Source: Trichoplax adhaerens (Eukaryota; Animalia; Placozoa). Taken from it: a DNA stretch of 64,000 nt. The stretch spans positions 2,415,836 to 2,479,835 of the forward strand of contig NW_002060949.1 in NCBI RefSeq assembly GCF_000150275.1, read 5' to 3'. Both the position numbers and the translations under genes were made by a program. This document shows positions 13,136-26,567 of the stretch, piece after piece. The notes under the pieces are model-generated. The model ran no database searches. It was not told the origin of the DNA and saw only the letters and a list, made by a program, of their open reading frames with translations. Position 1 is the first letter of the stretch; each line of letters starts with the position of its first letter.

Positions 13136-13931
13136 CGATATTGAGTAGTTAGAGAATGAATGGATGATAATCAATAGGTACATACGAGTACAGAAGCATC
13201 ATTTCAATCGATTAAATTGACTTTCTTCTTCTTTACAGTCGAGTTATCAAATCGCGATACTGTATCAGCTTTGATGGTGGAAGAGATTGATTAGGTGTCA
13301 AATCAGATGTTAGCTTGTACAGTAAGTAGCAATGTATCGCATGGACTATTTATAGTCAGTAGCTGTATGATTCTTTCTAGACCAATAGATTCAAATTTAT
13401 TTCCATATTGACTTTCTACATTACACTTTCATTCATATTTAGTCATCTATGGTAGCTCATGTATTGCCAGTACATTGAATAATATCTATAAATATTCCAG
13501 TTATACAACGTGCATTCAGATTTGTCATATATGGTAGTCTACATGCTGCTAGCTCGTTGAGTACGTGTTAATAAAATACTGTGTTCAAGTTACTACATAT
13601 TTATGTTAGTCATATACATACTTACAGTAGATTGCTGACACACTTGGCACCGGTGAACATTCCAAGTTATATGCTGTATACTCATACTATTCATCCGTAG
13701 TAGCTCATACATGCCAGCATATTGAGTAGCTGAAAATATTCACTGTATTGTATGCTCGTATGTCCTACACACTGTACATCCAATTATATAATATCTACGT
13801 AATGGCATAGAAATAAAAGGAAATATTACTAAATCAAGGTAGATATTGATTTGAGTAAGCCAACTGTTTTGTACTTACTCTATATTTTACTCTTCATCAT
13901 TCACAGCTGGAACTTTGACAACTAGAATATC

Positions 13932-16900
13932 ATGGATGATATTCACAAATGGCGATTTAATAGCGAGAGGACCGGGATAACATGGCTAATACTAGATTTG
14001 CTCGCTTGGACTTTATCTTTCTACACGTGTTTTCATTTAATATTGTTGACTTTTTATGCGCACAGAAGTTTTGTCATCTTTGGTAGGTACAATTATGTGC
14101 TCGTAGTGCAATGGTTCATAAGCAATCGCTTTTTAATGTTCTAGCAAATCTTATGCGCTGTTATTCATCAATAAGAAAATACGTTATATTAGCATTCAAT
14201 TTTAATGATTGTTTAGTAGATTTTACTACATTTATAGGTGTATTTCTATATTATTATGCTAACGTTAAAAATGACGATAACAATATAAACTTGGATATTT
14301 ATATGGATCGCTAGTGTAGGCTAGCGGTATTGCTAGATTGTTATAAGTTGTATCGTTACATCTACCTAATGCCTATCATGTACAATCTTTTACGACCTGG
14401 GTTAATTTGATCGATTCAATTTGTAATTCTTCAATATCTTCCTAAGTAGAATATGAGCTACAGTAGATTACATTATTACTATCATTATTCCTTCAACATT
14501 TTGTCACATTGACCCCATTGTCCGACTAGTGTGTTAATTTTCTACGTATTGCGCTTCAAAAATGACATTATGTAAATAGTAATATACGTATTATTTTATC
14601 TACGATCCATTACTGTTTGCATGCTTTGTACTGTGTGCATGACAGCTTTCAGACATACAGGTATAAACTTCTAAGTATACATCTGATTCAATTGCACGAC
14701 TGTTGATGTATACGACATTCGTTAGCTGCATCTATCACTTTTATAAGATAATGCTACATTACTTATAGAACGTCTAGTAGTGATGTTGGTAAGTATAGAC
14801 TTATTGTACTAATTGTTACTCTCCTGTTTATACTCCGGTCTGTAGGATATGCCTTAGTTATGCTTTTATTGTTATTATCGTTGATACATGTCTCACTGTC
14901 GGATCCGGGCTGTCTACCACCGCCAACTACTGATGAAATTGCGGCTGACCCAAGTAAGCTAATATACCAGTAATACATTGATATCGCAGCATAGTAACAA
15001 ATAGTGTTTATGTCCTGTATTCCCAATAATATCATTTCATTGTAATTCTGGTGTTGTACAGTATGTGGATAAGGGCTTTATCATCATAGTATAAAAACCG
15101 TTACCAAGCGCCAAGTGTATACTGACCAATCAAACGTATTTACAACACAATACAGCCTATTAGATATCATTTCCTCAATAATTAACTTTCGTTAGTAAGA
15201 ATATTTCTCGAGCATGAAGGGACTATAACAGGCTAATTATATGTATACTGTTATAACTGTTAAGCTGTTAAAATTACTTTTACGAGCTACACTTTTATCT
15301 ACCTGCGCCCAGAGACGTTAGCATTCGATTACTGCCAGTTGTGCAAGGTGAGAAAACCGCTAAGGAGTCATCACTGCAGGGCGTGTAAGCGTTGCTTTCG
15401 TAAGCTGGATCATCATTGCAAATTGTAAGTCAGCATGCTAATGAACGTCAAACTTAAGACATTTAGTGCTATGTTAAAATCTATTGTTATTATTCGATTG
15501 TAAAAATTCTTTCTTACTTGTATCTATGTATGCAATTCTAAACATGACCATTTTATACATTATAATGAATATTCCATTCAAAGTATCAATAACTGCATTG
15601 GAGAAGACAATCAGGGCTTTTTTATAACTTTCTTGGTTTATTGTATTGTCGCTTCTGCTATAAGCGGTGCAATATGCGTATGCAGGTTATATTATATAGA
15701 TCCGAATCAATGCACCAATTGTGGCTATATGGTAAGTAAATCAAATATCACTTATGATTCATAGTAACTTGGAATAGTGTACGTTAAATATATACATACT
15801 AAGAACGAAAGGATTCTATCCGTGATATAACATGCATAAATTATTCCGTTTAACTCGTTACGGAATAATTCTCATTTTTCTTGTCGATAGTCGAAGAATA
15901 ACTGGATTGTTTATCTCGTTACCGCCCTATCGGGAGCAGTTTGGCTATTTACCAGCATGTTATTACTCAATCAAACATTTAATCTGATGTTGGTAGGTTT
16001 TTACGTAGTAGTTTTATCATCACTTCAGCTGTTAAGATATATAAAAGTAGGTAAGATAATGAAATTAATGTTAGTTATTAGTCAGTAAAAATTTGAATTT
16101 CAGTTTGCTTCGATACTATACATGATGTATGAACACCATCTGTAATGATGACAAGATCTATTCTTTATTTATTACCTTATTAGATGATTTAAATGTATTA
16201 CAGTACCACTTTAATCTTAGTCGACGTGTATGCGTATAACGAACTTTTTTACATATTTATAACACTTTATTATATTTGTTCTCGCTATTTGTTAAATTCC
16301 ATTGTTAAATCTGTAGTTTGCTAATTTATTATGACACATTTTAACGTTCGATTTAGTCTGCCGTTAAACATCCTGATTTAATAGTAATTATATAATTGTT
16401 GATTATTACTTGAAAATTTTTATATCTAATAATGAGTTTGTCATATAAATATAAAATGATATAAAACGGATTATTATTGCAATATTCCACATACGATACA
16501 TTGTATTTACAGTATATATCGTACGCATCTTTTATTAGTAGTAAATTGTACTGTATACTTTGTATTCATCTTGTAGCCTTCAATTTCATTTCTTGTGTCC
16601 AATTTTTTCCATTTCTTGACGCCTCTTACTGTACTTGTTATATTATGAGATATTTTTCTAGACATACTTTATTCTAGAAATAGTTCGGCATTTAAAAATT
16701 TCAATTTTCGTTCAACTACTATTGTTTATTAAACATCTGTCACCTCTTCATGACTTTTTCCTAATTGTTTATTTAATCTATATATAAGAACAAGACTACA
16801 GCAGAAAGGATTAAAGCTCGCCGAGCGGGCAAAGGAGGCCACAACAATTATTATTCCTCCAGGTACTCTTATTAATAATGACAGTATTGTCGCATCTATT

Positions 16901-19900
16901 TATGGTATCAGTTTATTGATTTTTAATATTGTGTGCTGTGCATTTCCTATATGGAATAACTGTGGTATCAAACTCTGTATCTCATTACGATACTAGAACG
17001 AGGGTATAATTGAAAGAAATTGCAATTTTATGATTTGTTATCCATTTCCCAGACTGACAAATTATATAATGTTTTTTTGTTGATTTTACTGATGATGGTA
17101 TCAAATATTATGAAAACTTTGGACGAGTAACTTTAACAGCAGCTATGAGCCGATAATTGCAGACCTTACAGATATTTCTATCACAATTGATGGCAATTCT
17201 GATATAGCTACATTTTGATTATCTTACATAAGGAGAAATGTAGCAGCATTTAATCAACAATATTATTGTTCATGGCTAGATAATCTTAGCAAAAAGTAGC
17301 GAATATGGTACGTCTTACAGATTGTAAAACTCTCGATAAGATGAAGTATATTCATCTCTAATTAGGTCTAATAATCAGATTTTGGTATCGAGACAGACTA
17401 TAACTAGACTATGGAGATCGCAAGTCGTCTGACTTTTGACTTGACCTAATATCGTATATCTTAGCAAATTGGTTTATTAATAACGTGGCTTATTGACATT
17501 AATTGAGGGATTAATATGTAGCGGTTGACAAAGTTGAGACGTGTGCCGTCAATGTGAAAAAACAAGGAAGCTGTTATTAATTATTTGTACTGCAGTATAA
17601 TGATATCATGATGATGTTGATTATGAGACATTAGTAGTACCTGGGATCCTGAAAAGACGTATTATTGGAGGCTTTCACGTCTTTTCGAGTAAAAATTAAA
17701 AAATTATCGTGAATGGGAAGTGATGAACCAATACTCTTATATAAGCTTATACAGTATTATATACTGGTATTTGATATACATGTTGACAGATAGTTACACA
17801 GTGAATGAAGTATTACTAGTTTCTTTAATAAGTGATCTGTAAATTAATGATCAAGATTGACTAGATCTATGAAAATCTATTGTTATGATCGTTATAGTAC
17901 AATACGTAGCTTTTACAAAGTAATCATTTAAATGACGATTTTATACGGTATATTTTTTTTATTTTTACCGACTAAATATCATTATCTTAGGTTCTCTCGA
18001 ATCACGAAGACTACATTATTAACAGTGTTATTACTTACGGTTGCGTAATGAAATAAAAGAAAAATTATGACAAAACTTTTGAAGTAAACAGTCTGATTCA
18101 CAGTAGACTATACTATCTTTGATATCAGTTTAATAAACAATAAGAAATAATGCAAGTATCAGTCAATATATACCACATATGCACTCGTATGAAAACATTA
18201 CCGGTATCGCCTGACCATGCTTATATAACAATCATAATTACATACGACAGAATTAATCATTCCGTTGTTACCGTGCGTGTTAATGAAATTTTTAACGGTA
18301 GGTGATATTGGTGTGCATTAGCAGGAGTATGATATGCAATAATTGCGGGTTATGATAAGCAATGTCTTGCTATGGTATTCTTTCTGTTCTTTTTCAATTA
18401 CTAATACGTCTACTTATGAAACTTTTGGAGGTATTAGCAAGGAGGCGCTAGGTGTATTAATACGGTATATGATACGATATCGTAATGATAGAAGATTGTA
18501 GTAGGCAATATCAGACTAGAGATACAGTTAAATGGGAGTTTATTTATTATATTTAGTATATGAGCGTTTGCCATCATGTATATTATTCATACCAAAGTTA
18601 TATTAATGAATTAGCAAGATAATACCAACAGTTGGGATAGCGGCTATATCCAAGCAAACATGCTATATGCGTATAAGGACAAATTATATCCGAGTAGTCT
18701 GCAGCTTTCCCTGTTAGGTAAACATTTAAATCCAATTTTTAATTCGATGTACAAATATTATGCCAGCTACAGACTATACGGATTTATTTATTTCTTATTT
18801 GCTCTTGCGATATATTAGAATATAATCATTTTACGTATTTGGCAAATGTCAAGGTTGGATGTCGAGAATGTTTAGTCTTTGTTTATTTAAATGATCAGAA
18901 ATATCCCCAAATTGGGGTATATTTGCTTAGTGGAAACAATAACCTCAGAATTAATATTTCTATCTCATGAGATAATTATATATAGTTCTAACGTAACCCA
19001 CATCAGCTGTCATCAATGTGATAACGTAATGTCTAGAAATCTCTTCTTATTTACTTTTCTGATATTCTCATGTCAACATAACATGAAATTAATAAAATGT
19101 TGTCGTTATTTCGTGTATAGTACATAGTACGTGGAAATAGTAATGCATATGTATTTGTTCTGTAATATGCTGTATATTATGTAATAGCTTGAAGAAAAAA
19201 ATCGATAATAATAACTGTGAATTTCCATGATCGCGAGAAACAAACAAATATACATGATGAAAGATAAATAGTATATCGTATTATGGAGCCAATAGTCTCT
19301 ATTTATACCTGATAAGTATTTATTCATCATCCAGATTCTTTATTTAGTTATAATAATTGATGGATATTACCTACTATGCAGTGAGGTATAATTCCTAAGG
19401 GTAAATGTTATAGTTTATGTTTATTCGACTTGGTATTGGCTATTTTTTAATTCAACGAATTCATGGTATTTTTCAACATGATATGATGATAGCTTACTAT
19501 TCGTGAATAACATCTTGAATATTTAGTCTTTATACTTATTAATTTGCTGAATTTCCTTCTTCCACTTCGTTGAATCTTTTCTTGGAAATAGACCGGTTTA
19601 GATTACTGTTGCTAGTCTAGCCGCGTATCTATGTGTGATTACAATTATAGGATGGCATAACTGAATATGACATATAGTGCGAGTATGATGTATTATACAG
19701 TTGCACATCAGATATAATTTTAGTTGAATGGGATAAAATTAATTATTTAGACGGCTATGTACTCATAAATTATTACCTAGTGAAGTTGGACAGGAGCTGT
19801 ATAATTATAAGCATTTAACGTTAAAGGGTTAATAAATAAAACTGCTCGATATAACCGCTAAATATTATTTGGATTTAAGATAACATTGTTAATCAATAAC

Positions 19901-22900
19901 ATAATCTACCAGATCTAATTTCGTCAAGCATATGCTATGGGGTATTCTGCAAGCTGGCAATTATAAATCTGGTACAACAGCATTAAGTGATTTAGCTGAG
20001 ATCTTTTAAAGTATGACTATTTTCATAATACAGATACTATAACTTAACGCGTGGTTAGGAGATTACGACTTATAGAATAGAGTATAACACTGTATTATGA
20101 CTTGATTATATATTATCGCATTCTGGATATTCTGCAGAAGCAATTTTGATGTCTCTTCATCTTAAAGGGCAATTGTTGTTGGATTTAAGGCAACATTGTT
20201 GATAAATAACTTTATCTGCGCATATATTATTATCAGGTGTATCCCATCTACTTTTTATGGGCTTGTAATTATCTTCATCCATCTCATAGCTGCATAAATT
20301 AAGATAATTAAACTGACATAAATTAAGAGTAAGAATGGAAGTCTTATAGAATTAACGTTATTGCGCTCTACACATTTCTGTTGAAATAGCTTTGATGTCT
20401 CCTCGTATTGAAGGCAATTGAATCCCAATAGGCCGTAGACAATGTTTGTGTACGTTGTATACGGTGTTTGTTGACTTATTTTTTTTACAACAATCCATCT
20501 TGTTTATTGTAGTACCGTTCACTAAGGCTGACAGCTAGATTAAACAGGATCACAGCGTAATCACTCGTCAGTCTCTTAATTATAATTTATATTAATTATC
20601 AATATTAATATGAATGTTGACGTTCACACTTGATAGTCTAGCTAGCGTCTAGAATGCACTTGCCTTTATAAGGCGCTACATCGGATTGTAGCAACTTACG
20701 GCTTTTCCTTGGGCAATTCTGCAAATATTTAAAGAAATTGGCATCCTTTTTGTTTTATAATTTTACCACTGCCCTATTCAAATGCTATTGGTGACTGTAA
20801 TCATGGCATTATAAAAAAAGGAAAGAGCAGATCCCATGGGGTATATTATTGCGCTAATATTTTATTCCTTTGTGATTTAATTGCTATCGCTATTTCCGAC
20901 AGATATTCTACCCGTACAAAGATAATATATTACATTGTAAAGATTTTTGCACAAAGACATAGCACTTCCTCTTTACATTGATAGAAACTAGAAATCTAAT
21001 AATATAGACGTAAAACTCATGAATTATTTTCAAGCAATAAAATGTCAAGCAGGATTGTCCTATTCAATATGTGCACTGCGTCTTATTATTTTTACTTTTA
21101 TAATTCCCTTGGATATGATTTTGACTCTCAGTACCTCAAATTGACAATTATTCCATCATGCAATACTGCACAGAAGCAATATCCTCTTAATGTCTAGAAA
21201 TACAATATGGAACATCAGAAATTCTGTAGTACATTTACATAAGCTTCAAATCATTCTAAAGGATTACTTATCAATGGCACAAACGTTAAAATCATGATAC
21301 CGGGCGATGTAATATGAACAACACTTACTTGTATACTTATCTATATATCACTTTTATTTGAAGCGTGATAATTTAATCTACCTACAGTGTTTTCATCATT
21401 ATATGCCTTGGTGCTTTGCTAGTGTACAAGAATAGTTACTAAAATTTATACGGTACTATTTTTATTTAATTATTTATAGCCGTTAGGGTTATTACGTATT
21501 GGAGGTTACCAGGTCATTAGGTTTGTGAAAGCATAACAATAATATGACCGTTATAGGGGTGTGATAGCTAGCAGATGCAACCTTTCTGACATTCTACCTT
21601 CTCTGCATGGAGTAGCTATAATATAATTACCAATTATTTAAAAATTAATTGTATTAATTATCATTATGTGTTATTAAGCTCTTCGTATAGTACCATTAAT
21701 CTAGTCTAAACAGTGTCCAGTACTGATGCAGACGTAAATATGGCTCTCTATTTTTCGCACTAATTTCATAATAGTTACCATTTTACGTAAGATGGCTAAA
21801 ATTTAATAGTCAGTCACAGACTTATTGATTTTCACTGTTAATATTGAAATTGAAATTAATTGCAATCACACCTACATTGAATTAATACCGAAAAATGTAG
21901 GATACTGCAATGTCTACACCCTAATAGTATTCCAGACAGCACCGTATTGTAAAACGCCGACAATTTGCAATGTGTAAAATAGATTTTAATTTTTTTAATT
22001 TCTTCAACAAACACAATCTTAATTAACGATTAGATTACCCTATAGGGAAAATTAAAGCTATTGTTAATGAAAAACTTTCGATATATTTTTAGCATTGTTT
22101 GTAAAATTTCGATTTTTTTGACAGCTTGTTTCAGTAACAAGAGAAAGTTTTTTTAACTTATTACAGTATTATCGTTATCAAGTATATAGCCTCTCACTAT
22201 ATTTTTATAATAGCTAGAATCTCATAATATGAGATGAATAAGCCACCGAACAGTATTATTAAATAATATGATTTGCGCCTTTCATTATGCATTCGTATTT
22301 TGTATTAAAGAGCATTTCACTGGTGCAGACAAATTAAACAAACTACGAGAAAAAATTTCAATCATGATTTTTGACCGACAATGATAATTTTCCAACATCA
22401 TTTTTATGTTATTGAAGTTCTTATTACGTGTTGTTATATGATTATGTTTTTCATTGAAAATTTGTAAAAAACTAGTATAATCTAGTGTAAAAGATTTCAA
22501 CGTGAGTTAAAATAGGTCTAGAGAATGGTATTTCTTGAGTATGGTATAAGAATAAACAGTGACTTGAAATATCTTTAACGAATATCTCCTAAGATCTGTT
22601 GGTAAATAGGATAAGTTTTGGAATACTACGATGAGCGCTGCACTGTCTGTTTTACAGGGTCTTAAAACTATATTGTAATCCGACATCAGGACACTATTGT
22701 AGTGCTAATATTTGCTATTATATCACGTAAGTCCGTTAGAATTTTTATAACTTATTTTCTAATGATAATACGAGGAATAATACGTGGGATTCTATGAGAA
22801 GTAATAATTGCTTCTATCCGTCAATTTTTATTCTGCTTAAAGGCAATATAAGATCGTCATATTTTGTATCATTATATGCTGATTTTACGTTGAACCTTTA

Positions 22901-25900
22901 GCCGTGATATTTTCTCAGTGAGTGCGGGATCAGTAATACCAAATCACAATTATTCCTATCATGCAGTATGTAGTGATTGATATTGCTCACTGCACCACCT
23001 TTTCTTCTACAGTTTGCATAATAATTCAGTTTGTATGGTAAGAATTAAAATGGGCTTAGGTAGTATGTCGTATTCTTAAGTCTTTTAGACATTGCAAATG
23101 ATATATTAGAGCAGAAAAACAAATTTTAAATAAAGGATAAACTGATGTACTCGACAGAAAATGCGGTTATCACGAACTCAAATCTTTCATTACTACCGTA
23201 TGCGTACTAGAAAATGGACGATTAATCTGCAATTAATATTACTGTAATTATGCGCATAATTTACCTTCGATAATATCTTGTCTATTTATCATGGATATTA
23301 TGTTGTGTTATGGGTATTTTCGTTTTTATTACAAAAATCTACAATTTTTTGGCTAGCCAACTTGATGACATTGGATAGATGATGAAATCTTAACAGGAAA
23401 AAAAATTGGATACTGACTGCTTTGTATAGAGAAAGTTTAGTATAATATATCAATGTGTATCAACATATTGTATAATCATGGAATTTATAATCTAATTTGC
23501 TTTTGGGCTAAATTCCGGTGGTTCTGATGAATTTGATAGCAGTAGTAATAAGTCTACACCCTTTTGTGCACCTGTAATGGGCTAGATTTGAAATGGAAAG
23601 ACCATAACACCGTTATGTATAATCAATTTTGGATATTGTAGCCTGAGAGTAATCATTTTTGTTTGTATATTGACCGGCACTTAAAATGTTAGCCATCTGA
23701 ACTCTCTGCAAGCTGCGGCGGGTAAACATGGAAGTTGGATGTGAAAACGTCTTTTGTTTTAATCATGTACACTAAGAATTTGCTACGTCGTCGAGTGGGC
23801 AATGACCGTAATAATTATTATGATAATAATTACGGCATTGATCGGCGTACCCAGACAGATTGGCGCCGCCAATCCTATCGTTTGTCCAATGATTAACTAT
23901 TTTGCTAATAATTATACTGTAGTAGCCGTTAAGCCGATAATACCCAAATTAATAATGAAATTAACAAACAACTGCCTGAATTCACTTATTTAAGTGTGTA
24001 GTCAGATGTCTTCAAGTTTAGTTGTTGCTACTTTAGCTGCAATACGCATAAATGATAGAATAATCGTAGTTTTGGTTAGGATTTCACTAATCTTGGCACT
24101 GGTCATTTCTTGAGAATTATATATTTATTTCTCCTACATTCTGCTCCAGCCAGAAGTGTGATAGTGGCATCAACATTCATCGGGTAGGTGATGCTTTACA
24201 TCGATTCAATTTGTCAGCTAAGAGGAGTTTGTTCGCAGCTAATCCATTTTATTCATTAATATTTACGGTAGAGTACTTAATAGCATATGACAGCAAAAAA
24301 AATTGTACACAATAAAAAATTAATGCTAATACTTTAATACTCTCGAACTGCAGTTGTCATCAAATGTTGCATAATTACCTGCTGTGTATTAGTAGGGCAG
24401 CTTTACTTCGTCTTCAACACGATATTCATTCAATTTTATGATAGCTGTATCGAATTGATACATATGTTGCACACTGTTGGATACCTTTTGCTACGAAACA
24501 TGTGCAAATGTAGCGCAATCAATATTCGATTGCATTACATAAAATATACAATCTACTGCATTCATACATGTCGGCATTATATCGTAACATTTAAAGTACT
24601 AAGTGAACGCATGAACCGTTAATAATTTGTACTACTATTTTTAATGGTATTTGGAGAAGTAATACTGGCATATTTTAATAGATGTACCTGTATAAATTTA
24701 AACATATACCAAAAAATATTTTTTTATTATTTTTTAGTGATCTGAAATTAAAAATTTGAATTACCAGAATCAAGATCCTAACTGGCTTGTTCATATCTAG
24801 ATATTCTATATAACATACAAACATTCACATACGCTCACATAGACATCTCGTGTAAAATATCCCGACAGAGAATTGTTTGTAAAATCCAGTTAAAATAGAT
24901 TTTATTCCTTCAATCTATTGGAATTTAAACGAATGGTTAATAGTAGTAATTATCACAATTATTTAGCATCACGCTGCGAGTTAACTGACAATATGAAAGT
25001 TTCCTTCCCTTCGCCAGCTACAACAGAGAAAGCTAATGCGACAGTGATGACTAATATTGAGTCAGGGGATAATGATATCGCTGATAGCCATTGCAATAAC
25101 ATCCATCATGACGACGTTGATAATATTACTCGTCCAAATCATCCATACAAAGTATTGATCGCGAAAGCTATCTTGAGTAATTGCGATAGGAAATTAGTTT
25201 TAGCTGATATTATAGACTACATCGCTAAAAATTATCCTTATTATAAAGTGGAAGATAGCAGTTGGAAAAATAGCATTCGCCATAGTTTATCACTCAACGA
25301 TTGCTTTATTAAAGTTGGTCGCAGTAATCGAGGCAAAAGCAATTACTGGTCTATTCACCCATTGGTCTTTAAAGATTTTGAGGAAGGCAATTTCCATAAA
25401 CGACATCCGAAACAGAGACTATCACAAAAATCGAGAAATTTTTTAGAAGCTCACTATAAGACTGGTGATAGAATGATAAATGTTTCTCCTCGGCGTATGC
25501 ACAATAACCCTCTCTGCTCAACACCGCCATTTGTTACCGCTAATCCAATTCCACCTAATCGTACCGGCATAAATGCTTCTTCGACGGGCTATCAATTCTT
25601 ACCTAACATGGAAAACATTTGCAATAATTATCCAGCCTATCAGTTACCTACACCTTTAAACCATTTCGCTGTTAATAACTTTGTCCACGGTGAACGAGAT
25701 AACTTATACGTTACCAATTCCAATTACCGTCATCATCACAACCAACCTTTATTAAAGGTTGGCAATGAAGGGTTTCTACGGGATTGCCAGATGCCCACAG
25801 CCAATATGATGACTTCGTCGGTTACGCCATCTTGTTATAACTACTGCTACTCCAATAGTGCTTATCCTCAGTACCATGTTGCTTAATTTACGACAATACT

Positions 25901-26567
25901 TGATCTCTATTTTGCCATACATATTATCAACTTAAAGTGACTTGATTATAAATTGATTCGATATATGTACTCAGAACTTTATTTCTAACAGCAACCTCTA
26001 TAATTTTATCACCAGTATGATGTAATATCTCAAGAAATATGTATTTTTAGATTGCGTGTATGATAATTACAAAAAAAAATAGATTTATTTATGGTTGTCA
26101 ATTTGGATGAAGTTGTCAATTAAAGGATTATTGCCTATTTTAATGTTGCGTGAAATTGATTGATTTCTTTTCAATGGTTTTTTCTCTCTACTTTCCTTGC
26201 TCATGTATTTTTAGATATTGTAATGGTGTTAACCTATATTGATTTAATACTACGATATGCGTATTGCGTTTAATATCTATTTCTGTTTTATCATTACGAT
26301 ACACTCTTTATAGTTTAACAAAATCCATGTCAGAGTTCATCAGTATATTGCTATAAATTTGATCTTATATTCCTTTATTCTTTCAGAGTAGCTCGTCCTA
26401 TTTGTGATATCCTTCGCGATACTTTCGGAGACGGATATTTTATCTGGTGGCTTGTGCCATTGCGACGTCGAATTGCTAAAGTAGAGCTATATTATAGCGA
26501 TGATTTGTATCAACAAGAAAATGATAGTACTAGTGATTTAAATGAGAAAGATAAAAATGTTCATTAA
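13932..26567 (+). CDS. ZDHHC21: DHHC palmitoyltransferase, ZDHHC21-like, about 291 aa, 7 exons: 13932-14082, 14846-14953, 15313-15424, 15584-15731, 15891-15992, 16789-16862, 26387-26567
   Basis: The spliced translation contains a DPG motif (SLSDPGCLP), the Cys-rich domain [44 protein letters not shown], four hydrophobic segments, TTxE (NKTTAE) and a C-terminal [18 protein letters not shown]. Phases are consistent. The subfamily call rests on recalled similarity (GEDN after NNCxG; FG...W..P.R tail). Confidence 0.85.
24933..25886 (+). CDS. FoxQ2: Forkhead transcription factor, FoxQ2-like, single coding exon, 317 aa from the first ATG (the ORF track starts at an upstream TTG)
   Basis: Forkhead domain [16 protein letters not shown]...KLVLADI...[33 protein letters not shown]...DFEEGNF. 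KLVLxDI, CFIKxGRS, YWxIHP and DFxxGxF are FoxQ2-type features. A TATA-like TATATAA lies near 24806. Confidence 0.85.
   Translation: MVNSSNYHNYLASRCELTDNMKVSFPSPATTEKANATVMTNIESGDNDIADSHCNNIHHDDVDNITRPNHPYKVLIAKAILSNCDRKLVLADIIDYIAKNYPYYKVEDSSWKNSIRHSLSLNDCFIKVGRSNRGKSNYWSIHPLVFKDFEEGNFHKRHPKQRLSQKSRNFLEAHYKTGDRMINVSPRRMHNNPLCSTPPFVTANPIPPNRTGINASSTGYQFLPNMENICNNYPAYQLPTPLNHFAVNNFVHGERDNLYVTNSNYRHHHNQPLLKVGNEGFLRDCQMPTANMMTSSVTPSCYNYCYSNSAYPQYHVA

Noticed and set aside
19812-19833. piggyBac-like end (AAAGGGTTAA)
   Set aside because: No matching opposite terminus or transposase was found.
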